This document shows, piece after piece, positions 1 to 12,517 of a stretch of 64,000 nucleotides of DNA (the stretch's first letter is position 1; each line of letters begins with the position of its first letter). The position numbers and the translations under genes are program-made. Below the pieces are notes generated by a model, which was given only the letters and a program-made list of their open reading frames with translations, made no database searches and was not told the DNA's origin. The stretch is from the NCBI RefSeq assembly GCF_001194135.2, contig NC_068982.1, positions 10,591,966 through 10,655,965 on the forward strand, read 5' to 3'. Source of the stretch: Octopus bimaculoides (taxonomy: Eukaryota).

Positions 1-1228
1 GCAATATACTTCACTATATATATATATAGTTTTAGGGAAAATAACCAAGTTTCAAGAACTCATCGATGAAAATCCACTATCACATATAGAAAAATTAATA
101 ATTAAAAGCACAATAAACTTTGTATATATATATAAAGTTTAATCTTTTATTCTTAATAAATTTTTTCTTTCCTAATTTTTTCATTCATAATTTTTCCATT
201 CATAATTTTTTCATTCATATTTTTATTATTACGTTTGTAGAAATAAATAATCTTGCATTTTTCTATTATTCAATTGATTTTTAATTATAATTAAATAAAC
301 GTCTTTAGCTTTAAATAGTATAGCTTTAACTATTACACCGGTTAAATATGTACTAATTTTATCTTCATTATTATTTTAAACTTAAATTTCGTTCAAATTG
401 TATTTAAAACAATGATAATTTATGTAACATGTTTTTTGTATATAATATACATGTTATTATAATGGATGAAGGGATGATTTGTGAATGGTTATTATTTTGA
501 TATTATGATATTTTTAATAATTTTTCTATCTTTATATAATNNNNNNNNNNNNNNNNNNNNNNNNNNNNNNNNNNNNNNNNNNNNNNNNNNNNNNNNNNNN
601 NNNNNNNNNNNNNNNNNNNNNNNNNNNNNNNNNNNNNNNNNNNNNNNNNNNNNNNNNNNNNNNNNNNNNNNNNNNNNNNNNNNNNNNNNNNNNNNNNNNN
701 NNNNNNNNNNNNNNNNNNNNNNNNNNNNNNNNNNNNNNNNNNNNNNNNNNNNNNNNNNNNNNNNNNNNNNNNNNNNNNNNNNNNNNNNNNNNNNNNNNNN
801 NNNNNNNNNNNNNNNNNNNNNNNNNNNNNNNNNNNNNNNNNNNNNNNNNNNNNNNNNNNNNNNNNNNNNNNNNNNNNNNNNNNNNNNNNNNNNNNNNNNN
901 NNNNNNNNNNNNNNNNNNNNNNNNNNNNNNNNNNNNNNNNNNNNNNNNNNNNNNNNNNNNNNNNNNNNNNNNNNNNNNNNNNNNNNNNNNNNNNNNNNNN
1001 NNNNNNNNNNNNNNNNNNNNNNNNNNNNNNNNNNNNNNNNNNNNNNNNNNNNNNNNNNNNNNNNNNNNNNNNNNNNNNNNNNNNNNNNNNNNNNNNNNNN
1101 NNNNNNNNNNNNNNNNNNNNNNNNNNNNNNNNNNNNNNNNNNNNNNNNNNNNNNNNNNNNNNNNNNNNNNNNNNNNNNNNNNNNNNNNNNNNNNNNNNNN
1201 NNNNNNNNNNNNNNNNNNNNNNNNNNNN

Positions 1229-1270
<42 letters not shown>

Positions 1271-2320
1271 GTGTGTGTGTGTGTGCATCATGACATTTCT
1301 GAAGCCATTTGTATGTCCATTGTAGAAGTATGGAAAAATAAACCGATCTAATAGGTTGTATGCGAAGGCTCTGAAAGCCAGGAATGCATGTCAGTAAAGG
1401 ATTACTGCTTGGCTGTTGCTAGCGACGAAAGTATAAAACATTCGATTTGCAACCTGACAGCTGCACGCAGTTAGCCCCCATAGAGACCATATAAATATTT
1501 GCCACTGTTTGCTTTTCGAGTAAGAAAAGCCATTCAACCTCTAAATTGCAGAAACAGCCTTCGAACTTTCTCTCTGTCTCCCTCTTTCTGTCTGTCTGTC
1601 TATCTATCTATCTACCTAACTCGCTAGCTATCTTTCTTTCTCTCATACATTCGTCTTTCCTTTTTATCTTGCGTTTCTTTACTCGTTGTGTTAATAAGTG
1701 TTTCTTTCATCGATTTGCTCCCATGTTCAGCGCATAAAAGGTTTCCTTTTTTTTTTTTCTTTAATTTTCTTCTCTTCGATCGCCTTGTCTTTCTCTCTAT
1801 CACTTTCTCTTTAGAATGGTATCTCTCTTTCTCCCTCTGAAATACATTAACAAACTTGAAATCGTAAAAGTGCTACTTACGCTGCCACGAGCTCAGAAGC
1901 GGTACGTTTCGACTAAGAATCAGTGCATCAGGAAGTTCCAATATAAACATTATACGCTATACAAACGTCATATTCAACACTTTATGCATCAAAAACAAAC
2001 ACTTACATTAAATGCAATTACATACTGCACACAGTCACAAGCTTTGTGCACAAACACAAGCATATATGTGCTTGAATATGCAATTTACCGCAAGTGTTCT
2101 TTTATTTGATTGGTTTACACGGCTAAATGCGGTCACAACGGGACGCTGATAATTTCTTCTACCTCCATTTTGACTGGTATATATTTTATGACCAACATTA
2201 TGCAAGGAAAGAAAGACCGGAGAGTAAACTGACTCAACCGCAAAGGAGCATAGCCAAATGAGAAGGAGGAGGAGGGGCGATTATGAACATTATCGCCCTA
2301 ATATTTTAATATGATAGTTA

Positions 2321-2955
2321 GGCGGCGAGCTAGCAGACTGGTTAGCACACCGGGCGAAATGCTTAGCGGTATTTCGTCTGTCTTTACATTCTGAGTTCAA
2401 TTTCCGCCGAGGTCGACTTATCCTTTCGGTATCGATAAATCAAGTTCAAGTTGAGCACTAGGGTCGATGTAATCGACTTACCCACTCCCTTGAAATTGCT
2501 GGCCTTGTTCCAAAATTGGAAACCAATATTTTAATGTGGTAGTAAGGCGGTGAGTTGGCAGAATCGAAGCACAACGAACAAAATGCTTAATAGCATTTCG
2601 TCCGTCTTTACATTTTGAGTTAAAATTTCGCTGAGACCGACTTTGCCTTACGGGATAGATAAAACTAAGTAACAGTTGTGAACTAGGGTGGATTTAATCA
2701 ACTTACCCAACACCTGAACTTGCTGGCATCGTGCTAAAATCTGAAACTAATAGTTTAGTGTGATAGATTGACAGAATCGTGTGAGTTTGACCTTATATGC
2801 ACTGGCCTTTTGCATTCTGAGTTCAGATCCCTTCAAGGTCAGCTTGTGTTTTCTTCCGTCCGAGGGGATAAAAATAAAGGGCCACAAAAGAATTGAGGCA
2901 AACGGTATTGATGTCTACCCCGATTCAAAATTGCTGGTCTTCTATCCATATTAGA
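2321..2955 (+). mobile_element. Head-to-tail trimer of tRNA-derived SINE (family S1), progressively more decayed
   Basis: Units at about 2321-2525, 2545-2750 and 2760-2955. Each has a GGCGGCGAGCTGGCAGAA-like head, a GAGTTCAAATT B-box and a GGCCTTGTGCCAAAATT-like tail. Confidence 0.8.
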
Positions 2956-3504
2956 ATTAATTATTAATATTTGAAACTAATTAGGAAAAATATTTATTAT
3001 ACTCTCAGACGAATAATAGTTATATCATCTCTGATAGTAATCGAATATTTCTAATGTGAGAAGATACTTTTATAATCTGTTCTATCACTTAGACCAATAT
3101 AAAGTAATATTGAACCATACTCAAATGCAGAACAGAAATACTCTCTGCTCTTAATATTGTAAAGTCCAACAGTTCAAAACGCACACTACCTTGTGAAATT
3201 GTTTTATTTCACTCGTCACATCAAAAGAAATCGCTGTCGTTACATTGGTTAAAAGCGTCAAGCAAAACTTCTTATGTTTCCAGATATAAAGGAACGTCAA
3301 AGATATATTCTAGCTTTCACATGAACATGCCCTTACGTTACTTTCTATCTGTATCTGGTGTTTTCCTTTCAAATTTTTGTTGAAATATAGCTTTGAGCGC
3401 ACACTAACAGATTCAAATACTTTCAAATGACACTTGCCGAGAAAATATTTCTAAATTCTCTTTTCTCTTTTCAGACACAAAGATTTTAACATACGCGCTG
3501 ATAT

Positions 3505-3660
3505 GGCTCTTTGGTCAAACATTTCGATTAACAAACCCGTGGTCCAGAGTTCGATCTCAGTCTGTGGCATCTTAAGCAGGTTCTTTCTTCAATAGTCTTG
3601 AGTTCATCAATAATCTTTGAATGGAATCTTGTTATTGTAAATCGTGCAAAATCATTTTGC
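3505..3660 (+). mobile_element. Decayed S2 SINE head
   Basis: GAGTTCGATCTCAGTCTGTGGCATCTT resembles the S2 head GAGTTCAGTCCCACTGCGTGGCACCTT and is followed by a (TA)-like stretch. Confidence 0.45.
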
Positions 3661-4130
3661 ATATATATGTTTACATTTGTATGCAAATGTTCCCGTGCTG
3701 GTGCTAATGATCATACCGGGCTACAAACTGGTATTTAGTTTATACTCTGCCTTTGCGATTTTATAGCCATATACGAGGGATAAAAGGCAGGGTCGACCTT
3801 GTAAATCGATAACACAATTATTCGTCTGAAATATGCATTTAGGACGATATGATCGACAAAATACATTATATGTTGTGCCACGTAATAAATACAGTGTAAC
3901 GACTGAGATTATTAGAGAAACAAACAAAAACCAGAATATGGTATTAATCTGAACCTAATTCGTTGCGGTTATTTACGGGAGCATTTTGTGATAATTTAAT
4001 ATTTTTATTAACTTTCTCATATAGTGTAAAGAATCATTATAAAACTTCTCAAATCTACCAGTTGAAAATATTTCACTATTTGTTACCAGAAAAGTTATTG
4101 TTTTACTAAATTCGTTTTGAATTCATATAT

Positions 4131-4336
4131 ATTGGTTTCAAAATTTGTAACACGGCCAATAATTTCAAAGGGGCTACGTCGATTAGATCCCCAGTGCTCA
4201 ACGGATTCTTATCTAGCCGACCCTGAAAGGCTGAAGGGCAAAGACTTGTGCAGAATTTGAACTCAGATCTTAAAAACGGAAAAATGCTGCTACGCATTTT
4301 GCCCGGCGTGCTAACGATTTTACCAGCTCGTGGCCT
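4131..4336 (-). mobile_element. S1 SINE
   Basis: Reverse complement of S1: AGAATTTGAACTCAG, GCATTTTGCCCGGCGTGCTAACGATT, CCAGCTCG. Confidence 0.8.
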
Positions 4337-4409
4337 TTATCACTGCAACTCACCACGTGACGAAAACCTCTTTAACGAAATTCTTTACTATATAACTATA
4401 CACGTTGTT

Positions 4410-4580
4410 GGTGATTCTTTTTCTTTTCTTTGAACATTTCCGTTTCCCTCTCCGACGAAGAGTAATGCTCGAAACGTCGAAATCTCTCTCTTCTTACAAA
4501 GCGTCAAATTAACACATTCCACGTTCACGTCCTCTTGTTGTTTGTTACTGTTATTTTAATGTTTCTTTGTTTGGTTTGAC
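4410..4580 (+). mobile_element. Family B Penelope-like short repeat with degenerate hammerhead motif
   Basis: CCGACGA-A-GAGT-AAT-GCTC-GAAAC-GTC at 4452-4478, followed by the same downstream tail as the copies at 19010 and 42870. Confidence 0.6.
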
Positions 4581-4598
4581 CATATATANNNNNNNNNN

Positions 4599-4629
<31 letters not shown>

Positions 4630-4630
4630 T

Positions 4631-5054
4631 ATTCTTTTACTATTTTACTTGTTTCAGTCATTTGACTGTCGCCTTGCAGGAACACTGTCTTAAAGGGTCT
4701 TTAGTCGAACAAATCGACCCCAGGACTTATTATTTGTAAGCCTACTACTTGTTCTATGAGTCACTTTTACCAAACTTCTAGATTACAGGGACGTAGAAAC
4801 ACCAACAGCAGTTGTGAAGCCATATTGGTGGTGGTAGTAGTGGTGGTGGACAAACACAGACACGCAAGCATACATAAATATATACATACATGTATTTATA
4901 TACGACGGGCTTCTTTCAGTTTCCGTCTACCAAATCCGCTCACAAGACTTTGGACGACCCGAGACTATAGTAAAACGGACTTGCGCAAGGTGCCACGCAG
5001 TGGGACTTAACCCGAAACCATGTGGTTGGGAAGTAAGATTTTTACCGTACAGCC
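4631..5054 (-). mobile_element. S2 SINE with internal microsatellite-like segment
   Basis: TTTTACTTGTTTCAGTCATTTGACTG tail, GGGCTTCTTTCAGTTTCCGTCTACCAAATCC core and GGTGCCACGCAGTGGGACT head. Confidence 0.85.
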
Positions 5055-5100
5055 AAGTTATTAATAACATTCTTATAAAAATGCCAACTTAAAACTGTAA

Positions 5101-5261
5101 TTTACTTTATTTAAATTATTTACATTTGACGGATATTTGTCCTCATCTTGTTTGTTGTTAACACAACGTTTCGACTGATATACCCTCCAGCCTTCTTCAG
5201 GTGTCTTGCGGAAATTTCGAACTTGGGTTCTCATCCCTAAGGTATTTTTCGTTGTTGTTGC

Positions 5262-5338
<77 letters not shown>

Positions 5339-5524
5339 GCCCGTAGGCATAAGGCGTATGAGAACCCAGGTTCGAAATTTCCCCCAAGACACCTGATGCA
5401 AGTATACCAGCCGAAACGTTGTGTTAGCGACAAACAGGATGAGGACAAATATCCGTCAAATGTAAATAATGTAAATAATGTAAATAATGGACATAATTCC
5501 TCATCTTTTAAATATAGAACTGTT
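5101..5524. mobile_element. Family A non-autonomous Penelope-like unit with inverted arms around (ATT)n
   Basis: Arms at about 5110-5235 and 5358-5480 are reverse complements. The unit ends in AATATAGAACTGT. A 12-bp direct repeat TTAAAACTGTAA lies at 5089-5100 and 5525-5536. Confidence 0.75.
5160..5207 (-). ncRNA. Minimal type I hammerhead ribozyme motif, intact core
   Basis: Minus strand reads AAGACAC-CUGAAGA-A-GGCUG-GAGGGUAUAU-CAGUC-GAAAC-GUU|GUGUU. Stem I is GACAC/GUGUU, stem II is GGCUG/CAGUC, and the palindrome AACGUU replaces helix III. Confidence 0.65.
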
Positions 5525-6000
5525 TTAAAACTGTAAACGTCCATGTAAGTAAACAAAAAATTAAATATATAAATTCTATATATCTTTTTCCTCATAATTC
5601 CCAATTTCTTATCCCTACTAATTTGTAATATCTGACGTGTCTTCGGTAATCACAGGCTCTATTGTAGTCTTTATTACACGAAAAATCGATACTATCATTG
5701 AATTCTGTTGGAAATTATTTCCTGCTTTCATAAATTATTTTAATAGACTGATGATTTAGATTAAATATATGTGGGGATGGGTACGTGTGTGCGTGTGTGT
5801 ATGCGTGCGTGTGTACGAGCGTGCGTGCGGGTTGTGTGTGTGTGTGTGCTTGTGTATGTATGTGTGTGTGTGTGTGTTTAATTAATTGTCTTGTGTAATA
5901 TTTTCAAAGGAACGGAATCCAGATATGTTTGAACTTGAGTTAAGATTGTATAAAGGTCATTTAGAATTACAAGCTTTATATTGACAATGGAGTCTTCTAG

Positions 6001-6257
6001 GAAGTCGTGTAATCGCCACCATCAATAAGAGAAATCTGACATACATAAGACAGACAAGGGAGTCCGTTAGCCAGAGAAAGGAATTTCGAAGCGGTTTCAA
6101 AATACAAAGTACATTTGGGATAAAGCAAAACTATCATGAAATCAATTACTCGGAGACGGTAGTAACGGAACACAACAAAACCATCACTCCTGCTCAAATT
6201 CTAGCCAACCTTCCGAAGGAATTATTTCAGAAACCAGCCGTCCCTTACTTTGTGTAA
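6001..6257 (+). CDS. Candidate terminal coding exon, unknown product (weak)
   Basis: After TCTTCTAG there is an 84-codon stop-free frame, SRVIATINKRN...LPKELFQKPAVPYFV*. The acceptor is weak and no homology is recognised. Confidence 0.15.
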
Positions 6258-7438
6258 TTTCTCATATTACTCCTAGATTATTTCAAGACAGGTAGAATAT
6301 TTATTGTGTTATAGGAGAAATTTCAAAGCAGATCTCCCGAATCTAGTTATTTTGTTACTTGTCAAGCCAGCAAGCTGATAAGATCAGCATTCCAGTGACA
6401 ACTGCAACATTATCTGCTTAGTATCCAGTTCGTTTCGTAGACATCATCATTTTAGATTTAATACATTTTCAACCGCTGAAAAAGAGAGCTATATCGATTT
6501 ATTAAAGTTTCCATGTTAGCTGCAACACTAAAACCAATACATAAAAACGAAGTTTCGCATAGCATAATTATCAAACTCAAATCAATTCAAAGAAAATACG
6601 AATCGTTATCGGTTTTGGTCATCAACAGCTTACATCACAGAACAGACGTTTTTTGTAGTAACAGTACAATGTAAAATTCAAACATTTTTTACTCTGAGCT
6701 ACGTGATTTGTAAGCATACATTTATGTGCACATATATTTAGGGATGTATATATGGGTGCTTGTATGTGATTACGTCACAGATTTGGGGTTGTATGTGTAT
6801 CCGTTTTCACCGGTTGAGATATATATTCGGGTTGAATTCTATTAAAAAATTCAATTCTATTCAAAACTGGTAAACTAGCGATGCAACCCTTTCTATCCCA
6901 AGGGGTGGAAATCTCAACAGCGCCAACCGTTTTCGTCTAAAGAACTTCTCTCCGTAAATGTCCTTTCCCTAAGATGGGAAATCGTTCCTCTTTTTCTTTC
7001 ATATCATATAAATGTGACATTACGTCTTGTTATTTTTAGTGCTCTCTTCTTTTGCTAATATGCATTAGGATCTTGATATACACCAAAGATAATACTTTGC
7101 GGTTAGTTTATGTCACCTCATTCCATCCGTATACTTCTTTCATTTATATCACTAAACATACACATACGTTTTTCACTTGAAAATTCTTTACCGGTATTGA
7201 AGTTCTAATACATCAGCGTTAGTTCTCTCTGTATGGTATAAACTATCCAAGACAACTGCGCATGCCCTCCTTAGTTTCACGATTTTTAACAAAGAAAGCA
7301 GAGTTTTGGGGTGAGGGGTCACTGAGTTACACAAGTTCACAAACTGCTTTCCTCAATATATTTTTCTTATTAATTATCATTATTATTAGTAGTAGTATGA
7401 TTATTATTATTATCCTCATCATCATCGTCATCATCGTC

Positions 7439-7580
7439 AAGGCGGCGAGCTGGCAGAATTGTTAACATGCTGGCCGAAATGCTCAGCGGTATTTTACCCC
7501 TCACTACGTTCTGGGGTTCAAATTCCGCCGAGGTCGACTTTACCTTTCATCTTTTCGGGGTCGATAAATTAAGTACCAGT
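7439..7580 (+). mobile_element. S1 SINE, 3'-truncated
   Basis: AAGGCGGCGAGCTGGCAGAATTGTTAAC...GGGGTTCAAATTCCGCCGAGGTCGACTTT. Confidence 0.85.
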
Positions 7581-7713
7581 GAAAGGCTAGAAATCGAAGT
7601 AAGAGGGCGAAAGAGAGAGAAAAAGAAAGAGACGAGGAGAGAAAAAAGGAGAAAGAGGAAAGCCTAGAAACAAAGTCACACGATTTATAAATATCTTTCT
7701 GTTAATAAAAGCC

Positions 7714-8651
7714 AGGGTGCGTTGCATTCCGTTACTTAATAAATAAACAAAAACAACTATAGTAAATACACAAACTAAAAGTAAAAAACGTAAAACGTAT
7801 ACTGAGTGCACAAACGGACGGGAAAACAAACACAGAAGTCCCTAATTCTTCATCAGTTATCAACCAGATAGTATTACTCAGTTTCGTACCATTAATGATA
7901 AGACTGAGAACTTCCCGTAGTGGTGGGACCCGCGAAAATTGCAGGGAATACAGGGCCGAGAGCAAACAATACATGGATAACAAGCAAAATGGAAGTGGAC
8001 ATACGAAAGTGAATAAATGTAATTTAAGACGATGGACGAAGGACAAAAACGAAATAAATAAGAAACGAGCAGGATACAGCCTCTCTCCCTCTCCCTCTCC
8101 CTCTTACTCTTCTGCCTGCTACTGACACGTGACTCGTGACCAGCCATTTTTCTCTCAATTTTTTACATTGGTCGCGTAACTGACCGGTCCTAAATTCTCT
8201 GTTTCCCACTGATACATGACTTGTTTTATGCTGTTTTTCTAATCCTTTGCGGGTATCCTCTAAGAGTTGCCCACCATTTGTGTTCTTTTGGCCCCGAGGT
8301 TGTATTCTGCTCGTGTCTTATCTAATTCGTCTTCGTCCTTCGTCCATCGTCTTGACTTTCGAATGTCAACTTCTGTATCGCTTGTTAACCATGTATTTTT
8401 TGCTATCGGCCCTATATTCCCCGCAACGTTCGTGGGCACTGCCAAGATGGAAAGCATCACAGTCGCATTTCTAATGGTGCGAAACTGAGTAATACCATCT
8501 GGTTGATAACTGATGAAGAATTAGGAATCTTCTGTGACTGCCTTCTGTCCGTTTGTGTCGTCAATATACATTTTAGGTTTTTTTTACTTTTCATTTGTGT
8601 ATTTACTGTACATTTTTTCATTTACTAGGTAACAGAACGCAACGTACCCTG
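7714..8651. repeat. Long imperfect inverted repeat (arms about 7714-8075 and 8295-8651; the right arm runs into an N gap)
   Basis: TTCTTCATCAGTTATCAACCAGATAGTATTACTCAGTTTCG pairs with CGAAACTGAGTAATACCATCTGGTTGATAACTGATGAAGAA, and CAGGGTGCGTTGC pairs with GCAACGTACCCTG. Confidence 0.85.
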
Positions 8652-9436
8652 NNNNNNNNNNNNNNNNNNNNNNNNNNNNNNNNNNNNNNNNNNNNNNNNN
8701 NNNNNNNNNNNNNNNNNNNNNNNNNNNNNNNNNNNNNNNNNNNNNNNNNNNNNNNNNNNNNNNNNNNNNNNNNNNNNNNNNNNNNNNNNNNNNNNNNNNN
8801 NNNNNNNNNNNNNNNNNNNNNNNNNNNNNNNNNNNNNNNNNNNNNNNNNNNNNNNNNNNNNNNNNNNNNNNNNNNNNNNNNNNNNNNNNNNNNNNNNNNN
8901 NNNNNNNNNNNNNNNNNNNNNNNNNNNNNNNNNNNNNNNNNNNNNNNNNNNNNNNNNNNNNNNNNNNNNNNNNNNNNNNNNNNNNGTGTGTGTGTGTGTG
9001 AGGGTGGTGAGAGACAATGAATGAAATAAACATAAAATGAAAAAATCGTATAAATAAAAGCTCATTAAAGACTTTCGGCATTCTTTGGGTTGAATTCTTA
9101 GAAATGCCAAAATGAACAGCTGGTTTTGTTTGTTCATTTCCGTAAGAAAATTTTATTTATTAACTTTTGTTTTAAAGTGAAAGACAGGAGAAAGTGAAAG
9201 ATGTATGAACGTGTATGTGAAATGGATATGTGCGTGTGAGAGAAAGAGCGAGAGAGAGATAGAGCTAGAGTGAGAGCGAGAGAGAGAGCGAGAGAGTGAA
9301 TGCCACTTAGAAATCATTCTTTCTCTCTCTTCTCTCTCTTTCTCACACACACACACACACACGCACACATACATACTAAATGAAGTACGCATATGTATTT
9401 ATTTATGTACATATACATGACAACACACCGCTTCAC

Positions 9437-9501
<65 letters not shown>

Positions 9502-10397
9502 CCCACATACATTAATGTATACAAACGTACATATAAAAATCACACGTGTATGTGACTGAATACAAATACATAGAACTGACCACGGGGCGAAACAAAGTAA
9601 ATACATAATTTTTACTGAAACTAACGTGGGGTGCGGGTTCAAAAGAAAGAATGCCAAGACATCTACGGAATATTTAAATTTGTGAACTTGAAATATTCAA
9701 TAATAAAAGGAAGTCCAGAAAGTAAATTTTCCTGAAAACTTCAATTTATGAAAAAAAATCTCATTTGCTTAGTAAATATTTCTTTCAGTAATTTATCGTA
9801 GTTGTAATATATCTGTAATTTAAAGAAACTTCAAGGTAACCCTAGCATGTTTAGCGTGCTAGAAATAGCAGCGATCACATAGTTATTATTGTAAGGGTTA
9901 TAATGTTCCAAACAGCCATATCAAGAAAATCACTTCTTTATTTACTTCGTTTTTAATTATACCGGTATCCTATATCACGGAAGCCTGAAAGTTATACAGA
10001 TATTTTGCCTAATAGCACTCAATCATTCAATAAATAATTTTTCTACATTACATATATAGAATAAACTGTGGGTTTTTCAAATAATGATTTGAAACTTGAA
10101 AGGAAAACATTGAAATGAATATATATTAGATTATCGTTAATGAAAATAGAGGCGAGAGAGAGTGTGATACTGTTGCAAGTGAAAACAGAAAATGTCGCTT
10201 GCAACAAATTGATATTGTTTATTAAATCTAATCCGCAGTGAATGCAACGAATATTTAAATGAGAGAAAAATTTCTAGTTCCAATATTCAATAAATTTCAG
10301 AAATCGAAATTACAGGAAATTTCTTGGAATATGAATTAAAAAAATTTCAAGACGGTCAAGTCTTTAACAATTGCTTTCTTTTAGCAACTGTTACAAA

Positions 10398-10832
10398 CAG
10401 CGCTGGATTAACTATTAAGCAAAATAAACATGGGACGAGGACACCTCAGAAATGAAAATGGTTTACGGCACGAAAGAAATCACTTTAAACTTGCAAAAAT
10501 AATATTCGTAATATCTTATTTCTACTAAGTATAGAAGCAGACGTTTAACGTAAATTTAATTTTTATGATATCATCGAAGACTTTGCAATTAAATTTTAAA
10601 AAACAGAGAAAACTTTTCAAATATAAATAAAAAGGAAGCATACAAAAGTAAACAATATTTTCCATCATTCTGTGAGTTTTATTTCATTTTGAAAAATAAA
10701 AATTTTCTTTATGGTTTATTATTGTTTAAATTTTAAATTATATTTGTTAACATTTTGAATCATTTACATATACTTGAGGGCACCAAAACCCATTAAGTGC
10801 TTAGGGCGTCTGTGGGTCTTAATCCGGCACCA
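10398..10832. mobile_element. Non-autonomous hAT-like MITE
   Basis: 14-bp TIRs CAGCGCTGGATTAA / TTAATCCGGCACCA (4 transitions). Near-perfect 8-bp TSD GTTACAAA (10390-10397) / GTTACATA (10833-10840). Confidence 0.55.
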
Positions 10833-10896
10833 GTTACATACCTAATTAATAATCAGCTTTCTCCATTACATTCTAGATACTCATATAAAATTGTAT

Positions 10897-10928
<32 letters not shown>

Positions 10929-11658
10929 NNNNNNNNNNNNNNNNNNNNNNNNNNNNNNNNNNNNNNNNNNNNNNNNNNNNNNNNNNNNNNNNNNNNNNNN
11001 NNNNNNNNNNNNNNNNNNNNNNNNNNNNNNNNNNNNNNNNNNNNNNNNNNNNNNNNNNNNNNNNNTGTGTATGTCTGCTCTCTGGTTCAAGTGGAACATC
11101 AGAAGTTCAATATAGTTAATCATTCAACTACGGTGGTAGTTGAATAATATTCTTAAGGCCTCAAGTTACTTACATGTAGCATCTTCAGAGCTTGTTGCTA
11201 ATTCAATTCTTAACCAAATGAAAACTGTTAACATTTTTGAAGAGGACTGGTCCCTAGCTACAATTTGGCATAAAAAAATTAAAATTTGATCCTGCAGAAA
11301 AAAGTTTACATCGAAAGTTGTAGCAATCTTATAGGATTTAAGTATAATTAACTTTTTTATTTTAAAAACAAACTATATTTTAATTAAGCTTAAATGATAG
11401 AGCTCAATTCGAGGAATTACATGGTATCAATTTCATGCAATGAAGTTTTAACAGAAAATAGTTATGACTGTTTGTTACTCAAATTTGAGGGCGATGATAT
11501 AGTTCTATACTTTTTTTATGAATATAGTTCTATAAGGGGATTCTTAATACATGTCACTGGTGTCATTGAGATAAGGAAATAATTATCAACGACAGCGCTA
11601 ATTGACACATTTGACACATTATTAATTAGCATAATAGCATATCCTGGAAAAAACATGG

Positions 11659-12517
11659 ATTACATGGAAAAATGCGAGCAAGAGAAATGATATTTTTAAG
11701 ATTATAAACCTGGAAAACTACATGAAAAGTTATCTTGGAAATGTTCAGGACAGCTTATTACATCTGGTAAAGTACAGAACAAGAAAATTTTATATCGCAG
11801 CTAAGGATAAAATTTGAATATTAAAAATTATTTGATTTTAATTTACAAAGTAACATTATAATTAAAAACGGTACCATCCTTTTGTTAAAATATTGGCACA
11901 AATGAGAGCCAGAAGTACCAATATAGCAAGAGTTTTATGCAAAGTAGAATAGTATATATGGTAGGCAAATTCATTAAGCAAAAAATACTCATTTGGTCAA
12001 GACTAAAAGTGGGAAGATTTGGCAATAACTTAGGCAATAACTCAAGCAAATTTTACAATGAATTTGTTGTCATAAGCAGATTTTACTGCAATATATAACT
12101 AATTTTTGTATTATTCTATTTATTATACTAAATAATTATGTACTACTATTATTTTTATAACCTATTTTCAAATTTCTATTTATTAATTATTAATTAAATA
12201 TATTAATTTTTTTAAAGTGCAAAAAAATATTTTGAGTTATTTTCTATTTTTGATAGAAGTAACAAGTAATAACAAATAGAGGTAATAACTTGTAATAAAA
12301 ATTTTAGATTTAATAAAAGCTAATATTTTCTAAATCTAAATATTTAATTTGAAATATTATCCTTAGCTGCAATATATTGAATAAAGATTTTCTTGTTCTG
12401 TACTTTACCAGATGTAATAAGCTGTCCTGAACTTTTTCAAGTGTAATAATTTCTATAATTTTCCAGGTTTATAATCTTAAGAATATTATTTCTCTTGCTC
12501 GTATTTTTCCATGTAAT
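11659..12517. repeat. Foldback element with ~165-bp inverted arms and an AT-rich spacer
   Basis: 11659-11820 (ATTACATGGAAAAATGCGAGCAAGAG...CAGCTAAGGATAA) is the reverse complement of 12347-12517. Confidence 0.85.

Noticed and set aside
8465-8540. Type II hammerhead reading (GAAAC-TGA-GTA … CTGATGA with distal ATTTCTAAT/ATTAGGAAT pairing)
   Set aside because: Stem I is poor and the pairing is not kept in the other arm. A decayed type I motif is the simpler explanation.
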